Counted from the stretch's first letter, positions 10,299 through 20,580 are shown. The stretch: DNA of 64,000 nucleotides from an uncultured delta proteobacterium (GCA_963804165.1 CAWDPO010000010.1:223297-287296), one strand, 5' to 3'. Made by a program: numbers and translations. Notes: generated by a model from the sequence alone, not told the origin.

Positions 10299-10420
10299 GG
10301 TCGCCTCCAGAACGGGAATGCTACGTCAAAAACTGGCGGATATTACTTTCAGGTTGAAGTTAATGTCAAGGTAGAGTAGACGAACGATGGCGCAGCGCGA
10401 CAGACTTTTGCTTTTCGTTT

Positions 10421-10472
10421 GGAATGGTTTGAACAATTTGAACGGCTTGAACTTTTTGCACGACTTGAACGA
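10421..10472. repeat. Degenerate nonamer tandem repeat (TTGAACnnn)
   Basis: tttgaacaatttgaacggcttgaactttttgcacgacttgaac. Confidence 0.75.
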
Positions 10473-10489
10473 GTCCGGAGGTCGCCACC

Positions 10490-11584
10490 ATGGGCCGAGT
10501 GAAGAGTTTGGATGAGATCAAAGCGATGATTCGCGAACGCACTGGAAAACGCAACACGTTTCGTCATGCCAAACGGGAAGACGTCGAGTCCGTGCTCGCT
10601 AACCTGACGAGCAAAGACCCGGAGCTTTGGGCGAGAGAATGGTCGCGCATCGCTAAACCCTACGCAGAAGAAGGCGCGAAGTTCGAACAAGCCGGCAAGT
10701 TCAAGGAAGCGCGTGAAGCCTACGTGCAGGCTTACGCGTACTACGCCACCGGACGCTATCCGACACCACATACACCCGAAAAAATGGCCTGCTTCCGCAA
10801 GAGTCTCGAAGTCTACGAGAAGGCCGGTAAGTACTTCGAGCCGCGCTTGGAGCGCATCGAGGTTCCATTCAGCGACAAGAAAATTCCCATCTACGTGCGC
10901 GTGCCTCAGGACGGGCGGAGACATTCGATCGTGATCAATTTCGGCGGCATCGATTCATTCAAAGCGGAAAGCTACGAGTATGACGAAGGTTTGCAGCAAG
11001 CCGGCATGGCGAGCTGCGCCATGGACATGCCGGGCGTCGGCGAATGCCCCGTGAAAGCGTCGCCGACCGCGGAGTCAGTCTTTGCCGCCGTGATCGATTA
11101 TCTGGAAAAGCGTTCCGACGTCGACCCCAAGCGCATCGCCATCATGGGCCGGAGCTTTGGCGGCTATTGGGCGGCAAAAATGGCCTATGTGGAAGCGAAG
11201 CGCCTGCGCGCGTCGATCGTCTGGGGCGGCGGCGTGCATTATTTCTTTCAGGAAGACTGGCTGCGCGAGTCGACCAACGCCGACAGTTATTTGATGGATC
11301 ACGACATCGCCCGCTGCCGGCTTTTCGGCGTCGAAAAGTTCGAAGATCTTTTCAAGCCCTGGTCGGAGCTTTCGTTAAAGGATCAAGGCTGGCTCGACAA
11401 ACCATCCTGCCCAATGCTCATCGTCAACGGCAAGCACGACCTGCAAACTCCGATCGACGATCTCTATATCCTATTGGAATACGGCGCGCCGAAGTCCGCG
11501 CGTGTCTTCCCCGGCGGCCATATGGGACAAACTCCGCAGACGTTCCCAACAATCTTGAATTGGCTGAAAAACGAGTTGCGATAA
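10490..11584 (+). CDS. Alpha/beta hydrolase, FrsA / 2,6-dihydroxypseudooxynicotine hydrolase-like
   Basis: GGIDSFK, DMPGVGE, GRSFGGYWAAK nucleophile elbow, C-terminal GGHMG. Confidence 0.85.
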   Translation: MGRVKSLDEIKAMIRERTGKRNTFRHAKREDVESVLANLTSKDPELWAREWSRIAKPYAEEGAKFEQAGKFKEAREAYVQAYAYYATGRYPTPHTPEKMACFRKSLEVYEKAGKYFEPRLERIEVPFSDKKIPIYVRVPQDGRRHSIVINFGGIDSFKAESYEYDEGLQQAGMASCAMDMPGVGECPVKASPTAESVFAAVIDYLEKRSDVDPKRIAIMGRSFGGYWAAKMAYVEAKRLRASIVWGGGVHYFFQEDWLRESTNADSYLMDHDIARCRLFGVEKFEDLFKPWSELSLKDQGWLDKPSCPMLIVNGKHDLQTPIDDLYILLEYGAPKSARVFPGGHMGQTPQTFPTILNWLKNELR

Positions 11585-11653
11585 GCGCAGCGCACTCCAC
11601 CCGGTCTCGCAATTGCCCCCCTCATCGCGTAATCTTCTTATACGGGTCACGCG

Positions 11654-12907
11654 ATGGGATCGTTCTACAAGTTGTGCCTTCCACTGTTCTGCGTGCCCGC
11701 GCTCGCTCTCGCCGGAATAATCTATTTTGCCGTCGACACCGAGCCTGCCATCCATCGCGTCGCCGAAATCACGCCCTTGGACGTCGAGCGGGCTAAGCTC
11801 ATCCTCGAGCAGAATTATCCACGTAAACTGAGACCCGGTGAGCGCCGCACGATCTCGGTACGCGAATCGGATCTCGACCTTGCGGCAAACTATTTGGCGC
11901 AGCAATACGCGGCCGGCGGCGCTCGAGTGCAATTGCAGGGTGATACTTTGATCGTCGATACGAGTCTGAGGCTGCCGATTCTCTCCGTGCCCCTTTATTT
12001 AAACGTGGATGCGATCCTCGCGGAAGACGGCGCGTTGCCGAGGCTCGATTCGCTGCGGATTGGGCGGCTCCCCATTCCTCCAGAACTGGCGCATCTGCTG
12101 ATTCCGCGTTTGCTGGCTTTGGCCTACGGCAGCGCCGAGGTTCATTCGCTAAGCAGCGTGATCAAGGAAGTCACCATTGAGGACGACAGGATTGCGCTGA
12201 CTTATGAGTGGCAAGCCGACTTGCCCGACGCGTTGCGCACAGCGCTGGTGTCCGCCGCGGAAAAAGAAAGACTGCGCCTTTATCATGAACGCTTGACAGC
12301 CGTAAGCGAATCAATTGCAACCCGAAAAGTGTCGCTCACCAGATTGCTCGTTCCCCTTTTCGCGCTCGCCGCGGAGCGGTCGGCCGATAACGATCCCGTC
12401 GCGGAAAACCGGGCAGCGATACTGGTCCTCACTCTTTACGTCAATAACCAAAGCCTGGAAAGAATCGTAGCGGACGCGCGTAACTGGCCTCGCCCAACCC
12501 GTCACCGCGCGCTGCTCAACGGGCGCACCGATTTTCCCAAGCATTTCATGGTCTCGGCCGCGCTGGCCGCCAAAGCCGGCGGCCCGCTGTCCGACGCCGT
12601 GGGTGTTTACAAGGAAATCGAAGACTCCCGGCACGGCAGCGGCTTTTCGTTCAACGACATCGCCGCTGACCGGGCGGGCACGCGCTTGGGCGAAGACGCC
12701 GCTGAGCCTGCGTCAGCGCGCATCCTGCAGCGACGCCTGAGCGCGGTCGTCAGCGAACAGGACATCATGCCCGTGACGGCCGATCTGCCTCAGTTCATGC
12801 CCGAGCCCGAGTTTCTCCGCCGCTTTGGCGGCGTGGACGCCCCCGAGTATAAGAAGATGATGAGAGTCATCGAGCAGCGCGTCGTGGCGCTGCCGCTTTA
12901 TCGGTGA
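11654..12907 (+). CDS. Membrane-anchored hypothetical protein with YfiM-like C-terminal motif
   Basis: N-terminal TM segment; KHFMVSAAL...KEIEDSRHGSGFSFNDIAADRAG. Confidence 0.75.
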   Translation: MGSFYKLCLPLFCVPALALAGIIYFAVDTEPAIHRVAEITPLDVERAKLILEQNYPRKLRPGERRTISVRESDLDLAANYLAQQYAAGGARVQLQGDTLIVDTSLRLPILSVPLYLNVDAILAEDGALPRLDSLRIGRLPIPPELAHLLIPRLLALAYGSAEVHSLSSVIKEVTIEDDRIALTYEWQADLPDALRTALVSAAEKERLRLYHERLTAVSESIATRKVSLTRLLVPLFALAAERSADNDPVAENRAAILVLTLYVNNQSLERIVADARNWPRPTRHRALLNGRTDFPKHFMVSAALAAKAGGPLSDAVGVYKEIEDSRHGSGFSFNDIAADRAGTRLGEDAAEPASARILQRRLSAVVSEQDIMPVTADLPQFMPEPEFLRRFGGVDAPEYKKMMRVIEQRVVALPLYR

Positions 12908-13002
12908 AACCGGAAGGTTTGGCTATTTCGCGGCATCGGCTTGCAACACGCCACGCGAATCCCAATATTGCAGCAATGTTCGGCACAGTTAATTTCTAAA
13001 CG

Positions 13003-13040
13003 ATTTGAACGGCTTGAACCGTTTGAATGACTTGAACGGT
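13003..13040. repeat. Degenerate nonamer tandem repeat (TTGAACnnn), second copy
   Basis: tttgaacggcttgaaccgtttgaatgacttgaacgg. Confidence 0.75.
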
Positions 13041-13049
13041 TTTTCTCCC

Positions 13050-13820
13050 CTACTTCTGAAACTGCTCCCGCGGAAAATTTGCTGTCGCCATCACGCCGCC
13101 GTCGACGACCAACGGATGCCCGTAAATGAAATCCGAATCTTCGCTGACGAGAAAAAGCGCGGCTTTCGCTTGATCGTCCGCGGTACCGAGCCGTCCCGCG
13201 AGATTTTGAAACGTCCGATTGCCGGCCACGTCGTCGTCGTAACCGACCGGCGACCCGGAGCGGTTCGGCACAACGCAGTTGACGCGAATTTTATATTCCG
13301 CCAGCTGGACCGCCATAGCGCGGGTCATATTGATGACCCCGGCCTTCGCCGCGGCGTAGGCAATGCCGTCGAACCGTCCGATCATGCCCGAGGTCGAGCC
13401 GAAATTAAGGATCTTTCCGCCCCGCTCCTGCCTGCGCATTTGTTCTGCGACGTATTTTGTCATCAAATAGGGGCCCTTGAGACTCACCGCGATAACCTTG
13501 TCGAACTCTTCCTCGGTGCTGTCGAAAATATTGGCGTGGTCCGTCAGCGCTGCGTTGTTGACGAGAATATCGATACCGCCGAACTTAGCGACAACTTTTT
13601 TGACCAACTCCTGCACGTCCTTCGAGTTTGAAACATCGCCGAGCACCAGCATGGCTTCTTTGCCGGATTGTTTGATTTCGTCGACCACCGACTGCCCGCG
13701 TCCCTCATGCATTTCCGCCACGGCGATCTTCGCACCTTCCGAGGCGAACAGTTTCGCCATCGCCTTGCCAATGTTTCTTCCCGCCCCGGTGATGATCGCG
13801 ATCTGTCCCTTTAACTTCAT
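13050..13820 (-). CDS. SDR family oxidoreductase
   Basis: TGAGRNIG, NNAA, YAAAK. Confidence 0.93.
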   Translation of the reverse strand: MKLKGQIAIITGAGRNIGKAMAKLFASEGAKIAVAEMHEGRGQSVVDEIKQSGKEAMLVLGDVSNSKDVQELVKKVVAKFGGIDILVNNAALTDHANIFDSTEEEFDKVIAVSLKGPYLMTKYVAEQMRRQERGGKILNFGSTSGMIGRFDGIAYAAAKAGVINMTRAMAVQLAEYKIRVNCVVPNRSGSPVGYDDDVAGNRTFQNLAGRLGTADDQAKAALFLVSEDSDFIYGHPLVVDGGVMATANFPREQFQK

Positions 13821-13939
13821 TTCATAGTTTCCTTTCTCATTGTCGGTTTACGCATCTGCTGTGGCGGCACTATGTGCGCCTAGCCCGCGGTTAAGTCTAA
13901 ATATCTCCAGGGCAACGACGCGCATGATCACCGGGGAAC

Positions 13940-14488
13940 TTAAAGCCTGAGGTCGTCCGGCGGAGTGAACGTGTAGACGTCGAAAGTATTCAGCGTACAG
14001 GCCAACATCGCATAGTAGCCGATGGTGGCGGTGAGTTCGACCATGCCTTTTTCGCCGAAGCGTCCGTAGATCGCCTGAAACGTCGCCTCGCTAACGCGGT
14101 GAGAATGAATCATCTCGCGCACAAAGCTCACGATCTGCGCGTCCTCGGACGCAAAACTCTCCGCGCCTTTTTTCTGATAGACGGCGCGAATCGTTTCCAT
14201 CGGTATGCCGGCTTTCTGGCCGTGCATGATATGCGCCGCCCATTCGTGTTTGCACTCGAGCTCCCGCGCCGACACCAACGCTGTGAACTCGACGACTTTA
14301 TGATCTAGGCTGGATTCGAAACGGATATAACTCCCCAGATGTGCCGTGCGCGCCGCGAGCTCCGGGCTATGCAACAGGGCCAGCCACGGTCCGCCGACGA
14401 CGCCGCGACTTTGCGCGATGGATTCGTAAACTTTTTGATCTGCCGCGGCCAAGTCTTCTTTTTTATCGATGGTTGCGATGCGCGCCAT
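13940..14488 (-). CDS. Carboxymuconolactone decarboxylase / AhpD-like family protein
   Basis: LLHSPELA, ECKHEWAAH, ELTATIGYYAM. Confidence 0.85.
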   Translation of the reverse strand: MARIATIDKKEDLAAADQKVYESIAQSRGVVGGPWLALLHSPELAARTAHLGSYIRFESSLDHKVVEFTALVSARELECKHEWAAHIMHGQKAGIPMETIRAVYQKKGAESFASEDAQIVSFVREMIHSHRVSEATFQAIYGRFGEKGMVELTATIGYYAMLACTLNTFDVYTFTPPDDLRL

Positions 14489-14500
14489 TTTTTCTCCGTA

Positions 14501-15628
14501 TTACGCTAGTTTTTCTTTGAGCCACTGCGTCACGATATCCACGACCTCATCGTTCGCTTGGCCCTTCTTGCGTCCCATATGGCCGGCGCCGGGGATAATG
14601 CGCAGATCCTTCGGGCTGCCGTGCTCCGCCAGCAAGTAAAGATCGCTGATCGGATGCTGATCGTCTTCCTTGCCATTGATGCAAAGCAGCGGCGCGCAGG
14701 GTTGATCGATCAAGCCTTGAGTCACCAACGATAACGTCGGCGCTATCTTGAGTGTCTCTTCGAGCGTCCTCACGCCAAAAATGTAAGATCGCGCATCCAG
14801 CAGGCTCGCCGGCCCCATGAGGTATTGCGACGCGGTCAATGTTAAAGCCGGGCGCAGCCATTCGTCTTGAAACGTTCGATGGACGCCGGCGCCCCAATTC
14901 ACCGCGCCGCTCAACCGCTTCGGTTCGGTGTGGGCCAGCTTTGCCGCCCAGTAACCGCCGAAACTGCCGCCCATGCACGCAATGCGCTTTCCATCGACGT
15001 CGTTGCGGCCTTCGAGGTAATCCAGCGCCGAGGAAAAAGTTCGCTCGGCGCGCGGATCGCTGCCGAGGCAGGGATTTTCGCCGGCGCCCGGCATGTCGAT
15101 GGTAAAGCAAGCGAGGCCCGCCTTGAGCAAGACGTCGTTGTTCGTGCGGCGGTCCTCTTTCCAGCCGTCGACGCCGCCCCAATGCATCACCACCGGGGGT
15201 CGATGGACGCCTCGCGGAACCTGCAAATAACCGACGACTTTCTTTCCTTCAAAGGGAATCTCGATGCGCTCCAAAGGCGGGTCCATCGTTGGCGCCGCCT
15301 TTAAAAAAGTCCTGAGCGCGCCTTTGTAGCAGTTCATTTTTTCCGGGCTGCTCGGCACCGGATAGCGCCCGATGCGATAATATTCATAGGCCAGATAATA
15401 AGTCTCGCCGGCGTCCTCTTTTTTGCCCATTTTTTCCTGCTCATCGGCGAGGGCCTCGTACTTCAAACCGAATTTCCCCCACTCTCTGCCCCACAGATCG
15501 GCATCGAGGCTCGTAAGATTCTTCACCACCTGCTCGACGTCTGCCTTTTTCACCCGCTCGAAGGGATTGATGCGACCGGCGCGATGCAAAATATCCGCCT
15601 TGATTTCTTCGAGAGTTTTTTCCGCCAT
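14501..15628 (-). CDS. Alpha/beta hydrolase, paralog of 10490-11584
   Basis: GGVDGWKE, DMPGAGE, GGSFGGYWAAK, AGHMG. Confidence 0.85.
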   Translation of the reverse strand: MAEKTLEEIKADILHRAGRINPFERVKKADVEQVVKNLTSLDADLWGREWGKFGLKYEALADEQEKMGKKEDAGETYYLAYEYYRIGRYPVPSSPEKMNCYKGALRTFLKAAPTMDPPLERIEIPFEGKKVVGYLQVPRGVHRPPVVMHWGGVDGWKEDRRTNNDVLLKAGLACFTIDMPGAGENPCLGSDPRAERTFSSALDYLEGRNDVDGKRIACMGGSFGGYWAAKLAHTEPKRLSGAVNWGAGVHRTFQDEWLRPALTLTASQYLMGPASLLDARSYIFGVRTLEETLKIAPTLSLVTQGLIDQPCAPLLCINGKEDDQHPISDLYLLAEHGSPKDLRIIPGAGHMGRKKGQANDEVVDIVTQWLKEKLA

Positions 15629-15645
15629 GACCTTTTTCTTCTCTC

Positions 15646-16626
15646 TTACGATTTCGCGCCGGATTCGCGCGCCAGGGTTTTCAACGCCGACTTGTAGAAC
15701 CGGTCGTCGACAAACTGCTCCGGGTTGAACTTCGGTTTTTCTTTGAGAATGGCGAATTCCAGCTCGGCACGCTTGTAAAGCCCCTCGGCGCTCAGCCCGG
15801 GAATGTAAGCGTCGCGCATAAGGTCGTAGAGCGACGCGGCGATTTCCCGTTCATGCATCCTGCCGGCCTTCATGATGACGTCGATGGCGCCCTCGCGGTT
15901 GGCGCGAATCCAGTAAAGCGCCTTCATCACCGCGTTGACCATCCGCTGCGTCACCTCCGGTTCCTCCTGGACCTGTTTGTTCATCGCCTGGAGAGCACTA
16001 AACGGAACGTTTTTGAATTCGTCGCCCATATAGATCAGGCGTTTGAATCCCGCTTTCATCAGCGGCCGATCCGTCGGCGGCGCAAATAACGCCGCGGCAG
16101 CTCGTCCTTGAACCAACGCCACCGCCTTGCCTTCGTTGTCGGGAATGTTTAGGTACTCGGCGAACTTCTCGTTGTAACCGTATTTGACGATCAGCGCTTG
16201 CAACACGCTATAGGTCGAGCCGCCGAAGGTCACGGCAATCTTCGCGCCTTTGAGATCTTCCAATCGTTTAATTTCGGGACGCGTGATCAAGCTGAACGGA
16301 ATTTGATTGAAGATCTGCAACAGAACGCGAATCTGCTCGCCTTTGAACATAGCGTGCATCGACGGACCGAAAGCCGACGAATAGTGGACGCTGCCGGAGA
16401 GCAGAGCTTGCACGTTCATCGCGTTGCCGCGCAGCACAACGATGTTGACGTTGGTCAAGCCCATCTCTTCGTAAAACTTTCTATCCTTCGCCACGTAATA
16501 CGCCAAGTGCTGCACGTTGCCGGGCCCGGGAAGCGACACGTAAACGGGCTTGCTGTACTGCGCCCGTGCGGCGATCGGAAGTAAGAATAGCGCTAGCGTG
16601 AAACCGAGAATACTCAGCCGTTTCAT
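15646..16626 (-). CDS. ABC transporter substrate-binding protein, NMT1/THI5/SsuA-like
   Basis: Signal peptide, YYVAKDRKFYEEMGL, LEDLKGAKIAV. Confidence 0.85.
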   Translation of the reverse strand: MKRLSILGFTLALFLLPIAARAQYSKPVYVSLPGPGNVQHLAYYVAKDRKFYEEMGLTNVNIVVLRGNAMNVQALLSGSVHYSSAFGPSMHAMFKGEQIRVLLQIFNQIPFSLITRPEIKRLEDLKGAKIAVTFGGSTYSVLQALIVKYGYNEKFAEYLNIPDNEGKAVALVQGRAAAALFAPPTDRPLMKAGFKRLIYMGDEFKNVPFSALQAMNKQVQEEPEVTQRMVNAVMKALYWIRANREGAIDVIMKAGRMHEREIAASLYDLMRDAYIPGLSAEGLYKRAELEFAILKEKPKFNPEQFVDDRFYKSALKTLARESGAKS

Positions 16627-16688
16627 AAAAAATTCTCCCGGAGAGAATTGTGAATTAGCTTGGCACGGACTTAACAGAAAGGGCGTGA

Positions 16689-17765
16689 CTAGCGCAAGCC
16701 CCGCAAGCGCGGATCGAGCACCTCGCGCAGCCCCTCACCGACCAGATAGTAGGCGAGCACGGTAATAAAGATCGCGAAGCCGGGAAACACCGCGAGCCAC
16801 CACGCAAAAGTCGTGGTGCTCGCCTCGTGCAAGATGGAACCCCAGGTAACCAGCTCGGCGGGCACGCCGATGCCGAGAAAGCTCAGACTGGATTCGACGA
16901 GAATCGCGCCCGCAATGCCGAGGACAACGGAGACGATCACGGGTGCGAGCGCATTGGGCAGTATATGTTTGAACATCACTTTACGATTCGAAACTCCCAA
17001 CGCAATGGCGGCGGTCACATAATCCAAATTGCGAATTTGCAGGAATTCGTTGCGGGTAAACCGTGCAATTCCTACCCAGCTCGTAAGACCGATAATTGCC
17101 ATCGTTAAGAAAATGCTGGGCGGCAAGAGCGCGGCTATGGTGATCAATAGAAATAACGTCGGCATGGTCATCATGATTTCAAACATTCGGGATATCAGTA
17201 AATCTTCCCACGACGCAAAGTACCCGGCGACCGCGCCGAGGATTACGCCGATGATCACTGAGATGCTGACGGCGACAAAGCCTATCGACAACGATATTCG
17301 AGCTCCATGGATAATGCCCGCCAAGACGTCACGTCCCAGTTTGTCGGTGCCGAACCAGTGCTTCGTCGAAGGGGGCTCAACGGGTTCAAATAAGTTGATG
17401 TTTGTTTGTCGATATGGGATCGGTGGGAAAACAGATTTAGCTCCGTCAAGTTTCTTGAAGTCTACGTTGAGCAATTCCGCCGGCCATTGTCCGAGTTTGG
17501 CGCCTACAATATAACTACGAAAAATCGGAAAGTAGGTCTTGCCTCGGTATACGAGATAGTACGGCTTGTCGTTGGCGATAAAATCCGCAAAAAGCGCCAT
17601 GAACGCCAGAAAGCAGACAGTATAGAGCCCGGCCAGTGCGATTGGATTGTGCTTGAATCGCCTCCATACGTCAGACCACAACCCTCCAGCAATTTCACCG
17701 GCTTCCAGCGAAACTTCTAAATCCGTTGCTTCGAGAGATGCACTATTGGTTTGGCTGGGGCTCAT
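16689..17765 (-). CDS. oppC: Peptide ABC transporter permease OppC
   Basis: HWFGTDKLGRD, HILPNAL, ESSLSFLGIG, GEGLREVLDPR. Confidence 0.92.
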   Translation of the reverse strand: MSPSQTNSASLEATDLEVSLEAGEIAGGLWSDVWRRFKHNPIALAGLYTVCFLAFMALFADFIANDKPYYLVYRGKTYFPIFRSYIVGAKLGQWPAELLNVDFKKLDGAKSVFPPIPYRQTNINLFEPVEPPSTKHWFGTDKLGRDVLAGIIHGARISLSIGFVAVSISVIIGVILGAVAGYFASWEDLLISRMFEIMMTMPTLFLLITIAALLPPSIFLTMAIIGLTSWVGIARFTRNEFLQIRNLDYVTAAIALGVSNRKVMFKHILPNALAPVIVSVVLGIAGAILVESSLSFLGIGVPAELVTWGSILHEASTTTFAWWLAVFPGFAIFITVLAYYLVGEGLREVLDPRLRGLR

Positions 17766-18793
17766 TGTAGTCGTCGGCCAAAAGCGATCCTCGGGTCAAC
17801 CATGGAAAGAAGAATATCAGAAATCAAAATGCCCATCAGCGTGAGCACCGAGCTCACGGTCAGTAAAGCCAATACCGTAGGATAGTCCCGCGCTAATACC
17901 GATTCATAACCCAACTGTCCCAGGCCAGGGATAGAGAATATCGTTTCAATAATGATGCTTCCGCCTATGAGTCCTGGCAGGATTGACGCCAGAATCGTCA
18001 CTTGAGGAATCAACGAATTGCGCAGCACATGCTTAAAAATGACCATGCTTTCTTGAAGTCCCTTGGCTCTGGCAACCTGAACATAGTCCTGGCGCAAGAC
18101 TTCAAGCATGCTTGATCTCATGTACCGCGATAAGCCGGCGAAACCATCGTAAGAGAGCAAGACGACAGGCAAGAACAGATGCCAGGTGTGATCTTTAATT
18201 TTTTTCCAGATTGACCAATTCTCGGAAAATTCTAGAGACTCGATCCCGCCCGGCGGAAACAAATAATAGAAATCGCCGCCGCAAATGAACACGATCGCCA
18301 TGGTCGCGGCCCAAACCAAGGGAACAGCGAAGAGAACGAAAGCGGCCAAAGTCGTAACCTGATCAGCGAAGGAATTCGGATGGGTAGCGGAATAAATCCC
18401 CAGCGGGATCGCGACCAGGTAAACCACCAAGATCGACCAGAAATTGAGTTTGACTGTCACCGGCAATCGTTCGGCGATCTTGCTCCAGACCGATTGGCTG
18501 TCTTTGAACGAATCACCAAAGTTCAATGTGAATAAATTCTTCAGCCAAACGACGTATTGCACATGCAGTGGTTTATCGAGACCATATTGCGCCCGCCACT
18601 GGGCCATCGCCTCATCGACCGCGCCACGTTTTTCGACGGAAATACCGCCGCCCGCCGCGGCGCCGAGACCACCCGCGGCGCGCAGCTCAGCCGGATCGCC
18701 GGGCGTCAACCGCATGATCAGAAAACTGATTAAGGTGATGCCGATGAACGTAGGAATCATTAGCAGTGAGCGTTGAATTAAGTAAGAAACCAT
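17762..18793 (-). CDS. oppB: Peptide ABC transporter permease OppB
   Basis: PGDPA, YGLDKPL, QDYVQVARAKGL, ETIFSIPGLG. Confidence 0.92.
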   Translation of the reverse strand: MVSYLIQRSLLMIPTFIGITLISFLIMRLTPGDPAELRAAGGLGAAAGGGISVEKRGAVDEAMAQWRAQYGLDKPLHVQYVVWLKNLFTLNFGDSFKDSQSVWSKIAERLPVTVKLNFWSILVVYLVAIPLGIYSATHPNSFADQVTTLAAFVLFAVPLVWAATMAIVFICGGDFYYLFPPGGIESLEFSENWSIWKKIKDHTWHLFLPVVLLSYDGFAGLSRYMRSSMLEVLRQDYVQVARAKGLQESMVIFKHVLRNSLIPQVTILASILPGLIGGSIIIETIFSIPGLGQLGYESVLARDYPTVLALLTVSSVLTLMGILISDILLSMVDPRIAFGRRLQ

Positions 18794-18804
18794 GGTCTGT
18801 CGGG

Positions 18805-20577
18805 CTATTGCGCGCTGACGGTATTAGCGAATTTTTGCTGCGCAACGGGAACCCACCAATCGATAGGCCGCAGTCCATCCGGGAAAACTTTGACGCCTTG
18901 GAAACGGCGCTGCACCGCAGAAACCCGCTTGCTGATGTATAGAAACGTATAGGGTTGCTCTTCGCTTATGATCTCCTGGAACTCTTTGTACATTTCGATC
19001 CGTTTTTGCGGATCGAACTGGCGCCGATACTGTTCAAGGATCTCGTCCACGCGGGCGTTTTTGTAACTAATGGCATTTGAACCTTTGTTGGCCGCTTGAG
19101 ACGAGTGCCATACCTGGTACGCGTCCGGTTCAGTGGTCGACATTTGCCAGCCAAGCACGACCGCGTCAAATTGATGATTCTTGACGTCGTTTAGAAAAAT
19201 CGTCCAGTCCAGCTCTCGAACACTCGCGGCAATGCCGTGCTTCTTTAACTCGTCCAAGAGCACCAGCGCCACGCTTCTTCGCACAGCATTACCGGCATTC
19301 ACTTTTATCTCAAATCGCAAAGGCATTTTCTTACCGTCGATTACCTTATCGAGCACGCCGTCGCCGTCTGTATCTTTCCAACCGGCCTCGTTAAGCAAAG
19401 CGATCGCCTTCGCCGGGTCGAAGGGGTAACTTTTCAGGCTTTTGTCATATTCCGGCCGGAAAAGATAAATGTGGCTATCGACGACTTCACCGAGACCAAA
19501 GAGCACGAATTTTACGATTTGCTTGCGATCCGTCATGTAAGTCATCGCCTTGCGCACTCGCTTATCGCGAAAGATCGGATGATCGTTGTTCCAACCGATG
19601 TAACTATAGGTCGGAGCATAGTACTCGTATTTCTGGAATTCCTGCTTGAATCTTTCGCTGTTCGTGCCGCGGATAGTTTGGATCGGCTGCAACACCTCCA
19701 TGTAATCGAGGCTGCCGCTTTTGAGCCTAATCAACGCGGCATCCATGTTGTTGATGATGCGAAATTTGAGCCGATCCAGATGCGCTTGATCGATGCCATC
19801 CTTTCCATTTCCCCAATAATTGGTATCGCGCACCAACTCCAGTTCGCGACCGGTTTTCCAGATGCTAAATTTATACGGCCCGCTCCCCATCGGATTACGA
19901 CTATAATTTTTATTGAACTGCTCGCCGAATGTTTTTACCTCGCCCGGCAGCTTGGCGGGATCTTGGCTGAGCTGTTTGACGGAAACGCGTGCCAGAAGGT
20001 TTTTCGGATCGTAGTAGTGACGCGGCAACAAGAGGATTTGCCCGAGCACGCTTTCGTTGAGGAAATAGGGCTCCTTGGTGACGAAACGTATCGTGTATGG
20101 ATCGACAAGCTCCGCGTCGATGAGGGAATTGAAATACACCCTGAGAAAAGGCGCGTTTACAAATGGACATTTGATCGCCTTCACGCTGAAAAGAACATCC
20201 TCACCCGTCATCGGGCGTCCGTCTTGAAAACGAACATCCTTGCGAATTTTGAATGTGTAGATCAACTTGTCTTTAGAAATTTCCGGCCGGGCCTCGGCGA
20301 TCAGCGGCTTGAATTCCAGCGTTTGCGGCTCGCGCGTCAGCAGGCTTTCAAAAATGAAATTCAGTACCTCGCTGGACGAAGCGTCGTTCGACGTCAGCGG
20401 ATTGAGTTGCTCAGGGTCGCTCAGGCTGTGCAGAACCAGCCAGTCTCCGGTAACCGGCTTACCGGGATCTTTGGCGCTCGCCGCCGGTTTTACGTCGGAA
20501 ACTTTTACTTCGGTCTTATCGCCGCAGGCGATAAGCAACAGCAGAGCTAAAACGACTCGCCAGGTTCCCCAGAACAT
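18805..20577 (-). CDS. oppA: Peptide ABC transporter substrate-binding lipoprotein (OppA/AppA-like)
   Basis: Lipobox LIAC, LNPLTSND, PMGSGPYKF, full-length SBP family 5. Confidence 0.9.
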   Translation of the reverse strand: MFWGTWRVVLALLLLIACGDKTEVKVSDVKPAASAKDPGKPVTGDWLVLHSLSDPEQLNPLTSNDASSSEVLNFIFESLLTREPQTLEFKPLIAEARPEISKDKLIYTFKIRKDVRFQDGRPMTGEDVLFSVKAIKCPFVNAPFLRVYFNSLIDAELVDPYTIRFVTKEPYFLNESVLGQILLLPRHYYDPKNLLARVSVKQLSQDPAKLPGEVKTFGEQFNKNYSRNPMGSGPYKFSIWKTGRELELVRDTNYWGNGKDGIDQAHLDRLKFRIINNMDAALIRLKSGSLDYMEVLQPIQTIRGTNSERFKQEFQKYEYYAPTYSYIGWNNDHPIFRDKRVRKAMTYMTDRKQIVKFVLFGLGEVVDSHIYLFRPEYDKSLKSYPFDPAKAIALLNEAGWKDTDGDGVLDKVIDGKKMPLRFEIKVNAGNAVRRSVALVLLDELKKHGIAASVRELDWTIFLNDVKNHQFDAVVLGWQMSTTEPDAYQVWHSSQAANKGSNAISYKNARVDEILEQYRRQFDPQKRIEMYKEFQEIISEEQPYTFLYISKRVSAVQRRFQGVKVFPDGLRPIDWWVPVAQQKFANTVSAQ

Positions 20578-20580
20578 CGC

